A stretch of 64,000 nucleotides of DNA from Marsupella aquatica (lineage: Eukaryota; Plantae; Marchantiophyta), in NCBI GenBank assembly GCA_973895155.1, contig OZ316895.1:21278558-21342557 (forward strand). The letters are read 5' to 3'. The translations under genes and the position numbers were made by a program. The notes beneath the pieces were generated by a model that ran no database searches, was not told the origin of the DNA, and saw nothing but the letters and a program-made list of their open reading frames with translations. Within the stretch, counting starts at the first letter, position 1, and the number at the start of each line of letters is the position of its first letter. Below are positions 51,001-61,907 of the stretch, in pieces.

Positions 51001-52461
51001 GAGTGAGGGCCCAGGGGCCACGGCCTATAGACAATTGATTGCCAATCTGGTTCGTGTGCCCAACATTCATGGTAATCCTCGACAGCGCATCCCGGTCTTC
51101 ATGGAGGCGAGACTACAAAATGGAACGCATTTCATATGGGAGTACAAGCTTCAACGAAATCATACGACTTCCAACTGGCAACTTTTCCCTGAGGCAGCGA
51201 CCCCTCTGAGAACCTTTAGTGTCAGTAACGGGGCCCTTCGCAAGCTGGAGCACTCTGCTCCCCCGCTCGATACCTTGCTGCACCGAGTGGTGATTCGCTC
51301 AGACAAAAGGTCTGGGGTCTCGCATCAACGTATTGGGCGGCCGGTTGGCCTCCTACAGATTTTGCTGCAGCACGAATGGAAGGATGGCACCCCATTCCTG
51401 GAAACCAACACTGCTCATCTACGGGAGATTCAGGGCCCACTGCGAACCACGACACATAAGGCTCTCCGGAAGTGGGCTGAACGCTTGAATTGGAGCCCAA
51501 ACCTGAAATTGTTGTGGGCTAATACTTGGCTACCCTTTTGTGCAGCGGCAGAAAACTGTTTCTTATGGCAGCTTATTTATCGGATCCCGGCTACCCAGCA
51601 TTGGAGGATGCCGACACTGCCAACAACAAACCCACTAACCTGGTGCACCCGATGTGATCTCAATATACAGGAGGATCTAATACATTGTCTCTGGAGCTGC
51701 CCCATTTCTTCATCCATCTGGCGTTGGGTACAGTTCATCCTACATAGTGCATCCTCCACAAGGAATTCAACCATCTATCTGCAGGCTGCACACATTTTTT
51801 TGGGTGCCCCCCTCCCGGATGTTTGGGACACTCCTCTTAAACTTTGGCATACTTTGTGGGCCATTGTTGCTTGGATCCTTTGGAAGGATAGGCGTTCACA
51901 TTTCATTGAGCATACTCGTTCGTGTGACCAAGTGGTCATCCGAAGATCCTGGCACCGCCTGGGGATTTACATCCGAAGAGACTGGGCCAAACAGCAATTC
52001 AAAATTAAGACCGGTAAAACCTCTTTAGGCGAAGCCAGCAATTACATGGCCCTCAACTATGGATCTTGGGATGGATTGTGGGAAATCCATAGCGATACCC
52101 TACAAGTACCGCCAGTGCCACCCCATCCCCCATGATTTAGGTGTTGGAGTCAGGAGTAGAAGCTTGACTGTAGGCTAGTAAGACTGATATTGTTTTACTT
52201 TATCACGGACCCACTGTTGGGTGCCATGCCGGCACTCCTCACTGGCCGGTCTTTGGGGTGTGCCGCTCCTTCTGTAGTAGTTAAATTTATGGTTTGGCTC
52301 CCTTCGTGCTGGGCTTGCTTCTCTTCTGGTGCCGGCCTCTCCGGTCTCATGGGCAGCTCGACCTTTGGTCCCCCCTGGGTGCCGACCCCCTTTTGTGGGC
52401 CACCCCTTTTGTATGCCGGCGTTTTGGATGAATTTAAAATTGTTTTTTTCAAGGCAAAAAA
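48093..52461 (+). mobile_element. 5'-truncated L1-clade LINE retrotransposon (RT + zf-RVT), disrupted
   Basis: 17-bp TSD AATTGACCTCCAGATCG (48076-48092 / 52462-52478) and a short poly-A tail. RT motifs RPITLLN, LDVTKAFD, RQGCPLSP, LFADDL and GGLGL, and C-terminal CTRC..EDLIHCLWSCP. In-frame TAG at 49312 and a TIR insertion at 49725. Confidence 0.93.
49725..51016. mobile_element. Non-autonomous TIR DNA transposon (1292 bp, AT-rich) with 8-bp TSD, inserted in the LINE
   Basis: TIR CCCTGGGCCCTCA...TTACTA / TAGTAA...TGAGGGCCCAGGG. TSD GTCACGGC / GCCACGGC (1 mismatch). Removal restores the LINE frame GNC(A/V)TAYRQLIANL. Confidence 0.88.
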
Positions 52462-52491
52462 AATTGACCTCCAGATCGACTATACACTTAT

Positions 52492-53607
52492 TCAAGGGAG
52501 CGAATTCGATCGAGCCGTGAGGAAAAACACTAGAACAGAAAGCCATTGGTCGACAGTCTTCAGCTTGTGGATGAGGATTGTATCCAGTCTCAACTCGTGC
52601 GCACAATTCTGATCACCTGCTCGCTCAGGATGGTCGTAAAATAGGCCGAAGCTGGTGGCCCGGTTCTTCGCCATCCCACACCTTCGTTGAACCAGTCTCG
52701 CGTCAGCATATCCTCCACGCCTATGCTCCTGTTCCTCGGAAATGGGGGAATCGGCAATCCACTGCACCAAATCCCAAGACACCAAATAGCCAGCTCCGGC
52801 CATGTAACCTCTGTATGGATCCTCGTTCCCGCACGGCAAGCTATAACCATAGTAGAGATCGGTTCTCGGCAAAGGCTCGAGGGCCTTGCCGAGGCTTTCG
52901 AGGCGGATGTACGAATCATCATCCAGCTTCATCACGTAATCGAAAGTCCCGGACACCACGAGGCTTGGCAAGCTCGAGAAGAACGAGAAGGTCTTCCCAT
53001 CGTTGATACTCTCCTTGCAAGTGAGCACGATGATGTCTCCGAACGTGGCGTTGTCCCTCTCCACCTCCGTCTGGTAGTACGCCTGCCCGCCGTCCAGTGC
53101 TCCCATGATGAACCAGATGGTGAAGTCCGCGTCCTTGGACGCTGAGGCCTGGACGCCGTACGCCATTCGAAGGAGATGCCGCTGCTTGATGTTCCATGCC
53201 ATCACGAAAATGCCCAGCAGAACTCTGATCTTCTTTTCTCCCTCTGGTTGTTGAGTTTCGACCAACCCGGTAATTGTTGTGTTGTTGTGGACCGAGCTGT
53301 GAGGAATGGCGGCAGGTGGCGAGAAGCTCGACATGCATTTGTGGTCGCTACAGTACTCGACGTTGTCTGCCGCTGTGGAGCTCGGAGAGAGGTACCCGGG
53401 AAAGTCTTCGCACTTGATCACGTCCTGCAGCAAGCGGTTGAGGAGCTCTGGGCTCAGGAGCAGCAGCATGTATAGGCCGAAGCCGATTGCTAGCATCAGA
53501 CCAACAGCAACGTACGCTCCCACGACTGCTGAGACCAGCGGCATACATTGCCCACATTTGGACTTTTGATCCCGTCGAGATGTCGGACTGAGTAGCTGGT
53601 TCGCCAT
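52492..53607 (-). CDS. GT31 galactosyltransferase-like paralogue 3; frame open but catalytic ED segment frameshifted (possible pseudogene or assembly error)
   Basis: ATG at 53607. TM, DNATFGDIIVL, ESINDGKT, YVMKLDDDSYI and GAGYLVSWDLV are present. The conserved PRNRSIGVEDMLTRDWF lies in another frame between 52742 and 52679. Confidence 0.8.
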   Translation of the reverse strand: MANQLLSPTSRRDQKSKCGQCMPLVSAVVGAYVAVGLMLAIGFGLYMLLLLSPELLNRLLQDVIKCEDFPGYLSPSSTAADNVEYCSDHKCMSSFSPPAAIPHSSVHNNTTITGLVETQQPEGEKKIRVLLGIFVMAWNIKQRHLLRMAYGVQASASKDADFTIWFIMGALDGGQAYYQTEVERDNATFGDIIVLTCKESINDGKTFSFFSSLPSLVVSGTFDYVMKLDDDSYIRLESLGKALEPLPRTDLYYGYSLPCGNEDPYRGYMAGAGYLVSWDLVQWIADSPISEEQEHRRGGYADARLVQRRCGMAKNRATSFGLFYDHPERAGDQNCAHELRLDTILIHKLKTVDQWLSVLVFFLTARSNSLP

Positions 53608-56421
53608 GATTGAATGACACTCCTCAATTTTATCAAAGCCGTCCGAGTAAACGTACGAGAGACCCTTCAGAATATATTTTTCGATCTCCAAAGTTTTTGG
53701 AAATTGATGAGCACTACAAATATGCGCCTGACTAACATTTGAAAAGAAGCTCTACTTTGGTGATAGCTCGTTAGATAATTCTTACCAACTCCACAGAGCT
53801 ATGGAATTAAGGCTTACACTCTTCGATCACCATCTAGTGATTCCCCAAGTCTAAGCTTCTAAATTAAGACTTTTTGTTGTCCTGTCTAATCAACATGAAT
53901 ATGCCTAATCAACATCAAGTCCGAGCGGCCCGAGTTTGGCAATCCTTTGTATATTGCCCAATTCTGAAGATTGTTCCAAGGCCCAGGATGATGTAGTGGT
54001 GATCTACGCCATTCTAAAGACTGATTATTGCGAAGGTGGAATTTATTGTCTATGTATTGATCACTGAAGTCAGGACATGGAAATATTAGCTGCAGCTCAA
54101 TTTAAGTTACTGATTGATCGACAGTGAAGCTCGAATGACTTGAAATCAATGTGGATAATGCCCCACAAGTGCGCAAGTGCTAAAGCATGCGTACTTCAAA
54201 GCTCGAACTTGTCACTCCAGGATATCTACCTCATGCTCACCGAAGTTTGGACATGTAAAGGCTACTGTAACTTGGGCTACATGTATCCCACAAATCTTGT
54301 AGAGCATTGACGCACTAGAACTCTATATAACTCCAGTCTGCGTCTTTGACACCCTTACAAAACTCGCCATTCCAGCGATTCGATAGCAGCACGAGAAGTG
54401 ACTACCCCTACTGCAGCTGTCTTCCTTAACAACATCAGTCTCAGCTGTGGACTTCTTGCTGGTGCATGTCCATTAATTACTCATTGCCACTGATCGAAAA
54501 GCACTTGCTTCGGCGGCACAAGACTGTCTGGTCTTGGGCGCAGTATAGTACGTAGTTTATGACAACTCGCTGACTGCGCCAGAATTATCATTTTTTCAAG
54601 CTCCTGACCAGAAATTTAGTGCTGCTTGTACATGGGACTGTTTTGAGTGGGAGAAAAGCAAGTCACTGGAATTACTCGCCACTGGCAGCTCTCCATGTTT
54701 GTTTGTCGGTTAAGTCCTGTCCAAGAAAGAGTATTCTACCAGGTAATGCTATACTTAAATGACCAATACAGCTAGATCCAGTAAGAGTCCCATGCAGCGC
54801 CAGGACGGTCCCGATGGGCTCAAACTTAAGGCCCTTTGTCTCTTGTGAGAGGTAGCATCGATCAATGTGAACTCAGGATTTTGAGCCATATGAAAATCGA
54901 CATCTAACTGGTCATTGTGGGATCAGGATTAAAGCAGTTTACTTAGAGTCAGTAAGGACCCACAAAAACAAGGCAGCCGTCTTTGCATGCCATAGCCTCG
55001 TAATATTCCCCAAAGACATTGAGAATCTGGATTATCTTACTTGAAAAGTATGAGTCGTAATGACAGTGGGCCACAGTCTGAGCTGAGTCAACAACGGAGT
55101 CTCAATCTGAGAGTGCACAGGCTGGCTCGACTCATTCCAATACATCACCCATATAGTAAAGAAAGCTCACAGTTAAAAACTGCACTCTGACTGTCTTTTA
55201 CTACTCTTGAGTCGACTTTCAATGTTCTATCCAGCCGAGAATGCCGAGAATCTTTCTTATGATTATTCGAATTTCGAAGTCCTGGATCCATTTCCAGGCT
55301 CGCACAAACTACCCATGGAGTGCTGTGATTGCCAAATCCTTTTATATATATATGCCCAGCATGTATTGCTACGATTAAACTGATCGAAATGTTCATCGGA
55401 TCGATCACCACAATAGCCCTTAATTGTCAGCTAGCTGCGGGGCGAACTGAGCCTATGCATGGGACAATATATCACAGTAAGTAGGTAAGCACTCCTCCAC
55501 TCATACTCTAGCTTGCTTCCAGTCTTTAAGCAGCGTACAGGATTGCATGTGTGTTGATGTGGGGCTGTTTAAGAATTCATGTATTCACCTTCAGTCAGTT
55601 AGAGAAAACTGTTGCGCGCCAATTCCACGGACACTACGCCAGGAGGAAAGGGCTCTCCCTGATCAGAGTTGCGATTTTTATTATACCAACTATGAGCACT
55701 TAAACTAACTAAACCATGATGTGTAAACTAGAATACCAATCATTCACAAGCTTAATACGGGAATCAATAACTCCCCCTAATCCCCACCAAGACCAGGGTG
55801 TTGCTTGTCACCTGTTTTCCAAACAAAATTCTTCTCCCTATCCCATAAATCCAACTGGCTGGGCCTGGTCTAACCTGCTCTAAGTTAAGGAGGTGATAGC
55901 TTGTGAACTACTTTGCCCCACAGAAGGAGACCGTAAGATTCTTACTGCAAAACGGCAATTAAGCTTTCCCATGAAAGAGTCAGATCCCTTGTCTTAAATC
56001 GGTCCATCCAGGGCCAGGGCCAGGGCCAGGGCCAGAAGGCAACAACAGATGGGGCAGGATGGGCAGAGTATATCAAAGATACTTTAACAACTTTCAGCCA
56101 CAACTAAACGAGGAAAAACAAGCGCCTCTTCAAGTCCGTTCAAGGGGCGGAAAGAAGGAACCCTGGGACTGCTCAGATAATTTTCTTTCATCAGGTGGCC
56201 CTTCTACATATGACAGCTCTCTGAAGGCAATTTCGTCTTTGGCCCAAAAAAACTCAATCATGGCAGACCCTTTCAACATTTGAATATCTCCAGCACCAGG
56301 ATTTAACCCTTGTGGAACTCCACGACAAAAAGTGAATATGAAATGCTTACAATTACACACCCGACTGCTCGTTACCCACATACATCCACCTTGGCTGGTT
56401 ACGTTTCCACTCACTACTTAG

Positions 56422-58550
56422 CTATGACCCAAAGCACCTTTTCACTGATCCGGTAAGTAAGGTGCCCACAAACGTGAGCCCTGTTGTACCACCAGGGAAG
56501 TAGGATACCATATAGTACAGCATAGCCAGCACCTGCAATGACACAACCATCAGCCCAATATTGCAAACATTATTAAGCTGCCCACCGAGGTGGCAAGTGG
56601 GAGACAAGCCTTTGGCATAAGATAACCTGAGCCACCACATTCTTCCCTGGTAGGATCTCCATGATGCATCGTAACCCTTTGCAGATAAAGGAAGCACTGC
56701 AATGTGAAGTAGGCCCAAAACAATTGCAAACGATCTTGAAAAAAACCTTGACAAATGGAGTTACTCACCTGAATACATGCAAACACCAGGGATAGAATAT
56801 AGTTGTGTAGAAACATGGAGACAAATACAGTTCCGGCCATGCTAGCCAGGAATGCGATCGTAAACGGCAATCTCTGCAACATCATGCACATTGTTATTGT
56901 TCTGAATTACAAGTATTTTGCATCCTTGGGGAATAGCCCAGGGTCTAAATGGGACAACAGAAGGGTCTCTAAATTGATTCATACTGTTCTGGAGTAGCTC
57001 TGTCAATCTATTCATGTGTCCGAAGCAATCAATTTCAAATTTCAAACTCTTATCGTATTTTTTACTCTTAATCCAGTACTCTAGTTGTAAGGCTCTGCAC
57101 AAACACTAGATCAACTCTTACACCGTAAAAATCAACTAGACTAGATTGCAAACAAGAGGTCTTCATTATTGGGATGAAATGGCATTCAAAGCTTATAAAG
57201 GATTAACCAAGCGGGTGAAACACGAACTGTGTTGTTACTTTACGTACCTCCCTTGATATCATGTGGAAAAACTGCGATTTAGGGCCTTTCAGAGCAAACA
57301 TTGATCCCATTATAAACATGGAGCCAAGTGTAAACGTGATGGCAAACTTCCGGGCCATCATGGTGGGCAGGAACAGCGTAAACGCGAGGAAGACGAAAAA
57401 CACTCCAACGGACATCATGAATCCAAAGTAAGTGAGGGCGGTCCTGGAAGGCAAGCTGCTTGTGGCACTCTGGACATTTCCCGGCAACTCTCTTACTTTG
57501 TTCGAAACCCTGCACCGATTCCATCCGCACAACTACTCGTCAGATCAGCCAATTGGATAAGTATCCAAGCAGCATATCCAGCAGCCATCATCATCATCAT
57601 CATCATCATCATTCCGCGAGAATTAGCTACAACTGGATGTGGACGTCTTCTTGTTCATCAGAACTAAGTCCTGACTAATCAAGAGGAACTGCACACCACT
57701 GGAGGACTCGTCTAACCTATTCAACTATCTCGTCACAGACAAAGAAGGCATACAAAGGAATAGAATCACAACAAGGGTATACTGATAAGGAGAAAGAGTT
57801 TGAATTTCTTAAAGTGCATCTCCTAAAAGAGACTCAATTAAATTTCAAGTGGCTCCTGGCTGTCATAACAATCTTTGCCCCGAGCTCCTGTCAGAAGATG
57901 GGCGTTACATGTTCATAAAGCTTAAATAGGAAACAGTCTACCGCGATCAACATGAACAACGAATTGAGAAGCAGAATGGGCAGTGAAGTCCGTGCAGGCT
58001 CAAGTCGGGCATAGGCTACGGAGCATAAATTTTTCAGAAAGTATGAATCATAATGCGAAAGACTAGCACAGACCGATACAGTAAGCTACAGAGTCTGCTT
58101 ATTTTCATTTTAGAATTGTATTTCACATTCAATCGAGTCCAAAAGGCAACAGGAGAGAGAAGTGGGAGGAACAGACCGATCAAGCACAAAATCTACAAGC
58201 TCAACCGCTACTAAAGATGGAGAAGTAATTGCAAAAATTACAATTTGCGACAGCACAAGTACAAAGAGCATCGCGAACTTAGAATCTGCCATGAGAACGG
58301 ACAAAACGAAACCTAAAATGTGGGTTTGAAAGGTGATAGTCACGCACGAGGTGAAGGCTCCCGAAAACGTGTCGCTGGCAGTTTTCAAGAGAGGAGCAAA
58401 CGATTCAGGAACGGCCGACTCCAAATCACGACCCGGGCCACTGGTCGATTTGGCCGCATATGAGTTCCAATCGTCCAACAGCGAACCAGGCCCCCCCTCA
58501 CCATCGCTGGAGGGCCCTCCAGTAAACCATGCCTGCATCCTGCCCAGCAT
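56422..58550 (-). CDS. SFT2: SFT2/Got1-family vesicle transport protein, 4 exons (58550-58348, 57509-57248, 56873-56769, 56532-56422)
   Basis: SLLDDWNSY, ARKFAITFTLGS, FALKGPKSQ, ERLPFT and QVLAMLYYMVSYFPGG motifs with four TM segments. GT-AG junctions are in consistent phase. Confidence 0.9.
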
Positions 58551-59354
58551 CGATCGTCCTCTCAACCACTATAATAATTCCCTCCCCTCCTGATCGCAGG
58601 CACCAATCGTCAAATTTCTAGTCCCTCTTCACCTGATACTGATGTCTCCACGAATTCTGTAGCATTGCCTCCCAAACCCTAGCAATTCTGTTGCTGCAAA
58701 TGAGAACACACACCAATATCTTCACCCTAGACTCACAAAACTATCTCCCCGTCTTCCTTCACAAAAGCCCTGCGACCCCAATTCTCAGATCCAAATTCCA
58801 CGCCCTATGGCCCAAAGCTTCTCCTCTCCCCTGGCTGCCGCCCAATTCTCCAGATCGGAATTCGCCCTCTTCCCTCGGCGATGCGAACCTCGAGCCCGTC
58901 TGCTGACAGTAAACAACATCACAGATCATCACCACTCGGTCATCGCAAGCTCATATCATCTCCTTCAAGTCACACAATTCCGTGACGGTCTTGAGAAAAA
59001 CAACAGAGATCTGAGCTCAAAGCTCAAAGCTAAAAGCTCGAAGCTCTCCAACTGTTTCTATGATTTTGGCACTGGACGAGGGTCTATGGACGACAGGGAG
59101 CTGGAGAATTACGGAGTCGAGGTCGAGGTTGTTGGGTTGAAGAGGAAGAGGAAGAGGAAAAGGAAGAGGAGGAGCTGTAGGACCGGATTTGAACAAGTAA
59201 TCATGGAGTCGGTCACATGGGTCAATCTTCGTCAGCAAGAAACTCATCAGTTTGGATGTTGTTCTCGCTGTGAAGCAGAAGGATTAAAGGAATGAATGGG
59301 TCCTCCCTCCAACACTTCTACCTGCACCTAATCAAGGGGTCTTTCCAAGAGGGC

Positions 59355-59565
59355 TTTCCAAGAAAGACACACAGAAAAAATACTCTCACTTGGGGTTTAG
59401 ATGCTTGACAAAGCCCATTAAGAGGGGTCATCGTAGCGTGCAAGGAAACAGTAAAAATGTTTTCCAAGAAAGACACACAGAAAAAATACTCTCACTTGGG
59501 GTTTAGATTGATGACAAAGCCTATTAACAGGGGTCATTGTAGCATGCATTGAAACAGTAAAAAAT
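59355..59565. repeat. Two-copy 106-bp tandem direct repeat
   Basis: TTTCCAAGAAAGACACACAGAAAAAATACTCTCACTTGGGGTTTAGAT at 59355 and 59461. Confidence 0.85.
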
Positions 59566-59833
59566 TGACTCAAAGGAGAAAAAATTCTCACATGACCCCC
59601 CTAATTTTTCTATATCCAACTGCCTTGCTAACAACAACTAGGTTGATAACATCCATTTTTGGGACTCCTCTTTTTGCTAGCTAACACTCTAGCCATTTGG
59701 AGTCATAAAAAAACACAAAAAATATGAAAGGCAACAAAAAGCAAAAGAAATTGAAAGCCACTAGTGTCTTGCTAGCAACACTCTACTTGCTAACAAAATT
59801 CCCTTTTGCTTGCATTATACAACACCACCATTT

Positions 59834-60016
59834 AGAGCCTTCCATCCATAACTACCCGCAAGTCGAGGTTTTTTGTAAATGTCAATGGAATATGAATGAA
59901 CCACACTTTTGGGTGGGGCTTGAGGCTCATTAAGAGCCTCTTATACATAGCTGTCCGTGAGTCCAAGTTTTTCTAAGTGTCAATAGAATATGAATGAGCC
60001 CCACTTTAGGGTGGGG
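59834..60016. repeat. Two-copy ~100-bp diverged direct repeat
   Basis: GAGCCT...TGTCAAT(G/A)GAATATGAATGA..CCACTTT.GGGTGGGG occurs twice. Confidence 0.65.
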
Positions 60017-60438
60017 TGAAAATTTAATACACTTTGGAGCTGACAAGTTTTGAACTGGGGATTGTTGATCATAGACGACATTCGCAACGGCAAGCCCATG
60101 AACCATCCAATGCACAAGAGTCGACATAGAGAGATACATGGTTCACCTCCACATGACTACATCCACGGGAACACACAAGAGCTTTACTGCACTCTAGGCC
60201 GACAGGCCATACCGAGCATCCACAGCACAAGCTCTCCCTATCTCTCAACTAGCTCCGTAACAATGAGCCTAAGTTCCACCTAGGGTCTAGCATCAGCCCT
60301 GGCTATATGCACAACAGCACGGGCAACAGCACTACCGCTAACATTAACTAAGTCCTAACCCGAGTTAGACTAACTGTGGTTAGCTCATGAGTCACAAGAC
60401 TAGAGCAATATCTAACAGGGACCTGCCCAGCTGCAATG

Positions 60439-60508
60439 AGGTGCTGATTCGAACAGAGACCTGCCTGGCTGCAATGGTGTGCTCTACCACCTAGACTGGG
60501 GCCAGCTC
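60439..60508 (-). mobile_element. tRNA-derived SINE head or degenerate tRNA-like sequence
   Basis: Minus strand GAGCTGGCCCCAGTCTAGGTGGTAGAGCAC...GGTCTCTGTTCGAATC has A-box-like and B-box (GTTCGAATC) motifs at tRNA spacing. No convincing cloverleaf. Confidence 0.35.
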
Positions 60509-61907
60509 ATGGCAACATCAACTTGCGCCTAATATTTATTTGTATAACCAAATCAGGTATAGGCAAGCAATGGACAGCTACTTGAGGCTAATCAATGGTA
60601 ATCAGCATCAGTTAGCCTCAATATTACCTTTTGTTGTTAATGTGTCTTAGCATACCAGACCTACTGTAGTCCATTTAGGGCCATCTTGCATGTTGGGTAG
60701 ACGGTTAATGCCCTAAGTTCTCTGTAATAGGAACTGTTAGGATTCAAACCCAACCGAGTGTTTAGACTTTGTCTTTCTTTTGTACCTGGGGGCCTTCCCC
60801 CAGACCCACAATTTCCTTGTTGAGGCCCTATATTGAACTCCTGACATCATGTTACCTTAGGGACTTGCAGGTTAGCACATGCCCTGCGCAAACCCTTACT
60901 ATTTGTACCTTCCAAATTGTAGAGAGTTCTGTAAATAGTGTTTTCTAGATTTTAGTTTTCTACTTTGAAACCGATGTCAACACTAATGAATCAGGATTTT
61001 GCATCAAATTCTAAAATTATTCCTAAAAATGTAATGTAAAATTTTCCCCAAGTTTTGCACAAAAGTGCCTAAATTTTTCTCTCAGATACTCAGATTTTCA
61101 ATTAATTTTTGTTCTTCTTGCATTAACATGATTGTCACTACTGTATCAACTGACAACTTCATGCCTGAAGACAACAGTTAAAGTGGAGATCCATGGGCAA
61201 AGGATGGACCAATCAGGGTTGAGGGGAGCTTCAACTTATCAATTCAGAAAAGTTACAAGATGACCACAACTGGTTCATTCTAAGCTAAGCTGAATTAACT
61301 TGCGTAATTGGCTATCCCCATGTCTACGGGAGACCAGGCAACCACTTACACCTAATGACATGTGAGAGAATCTGGCTACAAATGGATGCTAAAGCTCACT
61401 CTCATTGCCTATTTAGGTGCATGTCTGTTCTGATATGCTGGCAACTTCACAGATAACTTACCGGTCCATCCGGGCTCTAACCAAGAAATATAATTGACAA
61501 AACCTACTTAAAAACTTGAACAGTGCTTCAATATATATGTGATAACTTCTGATCACATTAAAATCAAAGTTGATGATGCTATGCTTTTTCAAAATACATC
61601 CCGCTGATTTCTTTCTCCAGCAAGGATTGAATTATCAGGATGGCTTGGAAAGCCTCTCATTCTTGTGTTTCCAATAAATTAAACAATCAATAGTTAGCAT
61701 TTGAACTGCTGTTTTTACAATTCCTGACATCAAATTATGTACAATGCTACTCCCAAATATGATCATTTAATTGCAATATGTTGTGGCAATCTTGGCCCTC
61801 AATCTAGAACAGACACCTGCAAATCCCTACTTAGGTTTGTGCTCATATTTGTTAACCCAATCAATGGATGTGGTTTTGTACAAACTTTGGAGAAATATAT
61901 AACTGGC

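Noticed and set aside
57460-57678. ORF with a poly-His tract
   Set aside because: It is a (CAT)n microsatellite in SFT2 intron 1, read on the opposite strand.
58807-59295. 162-aa ORF with a KRKRKR tract resembling a nuclear localisation signal
   Set aside because: The basic tract is a (GAAGAG)n microsatellite just upstream of SFT2, and the remainder has no domain similarity.
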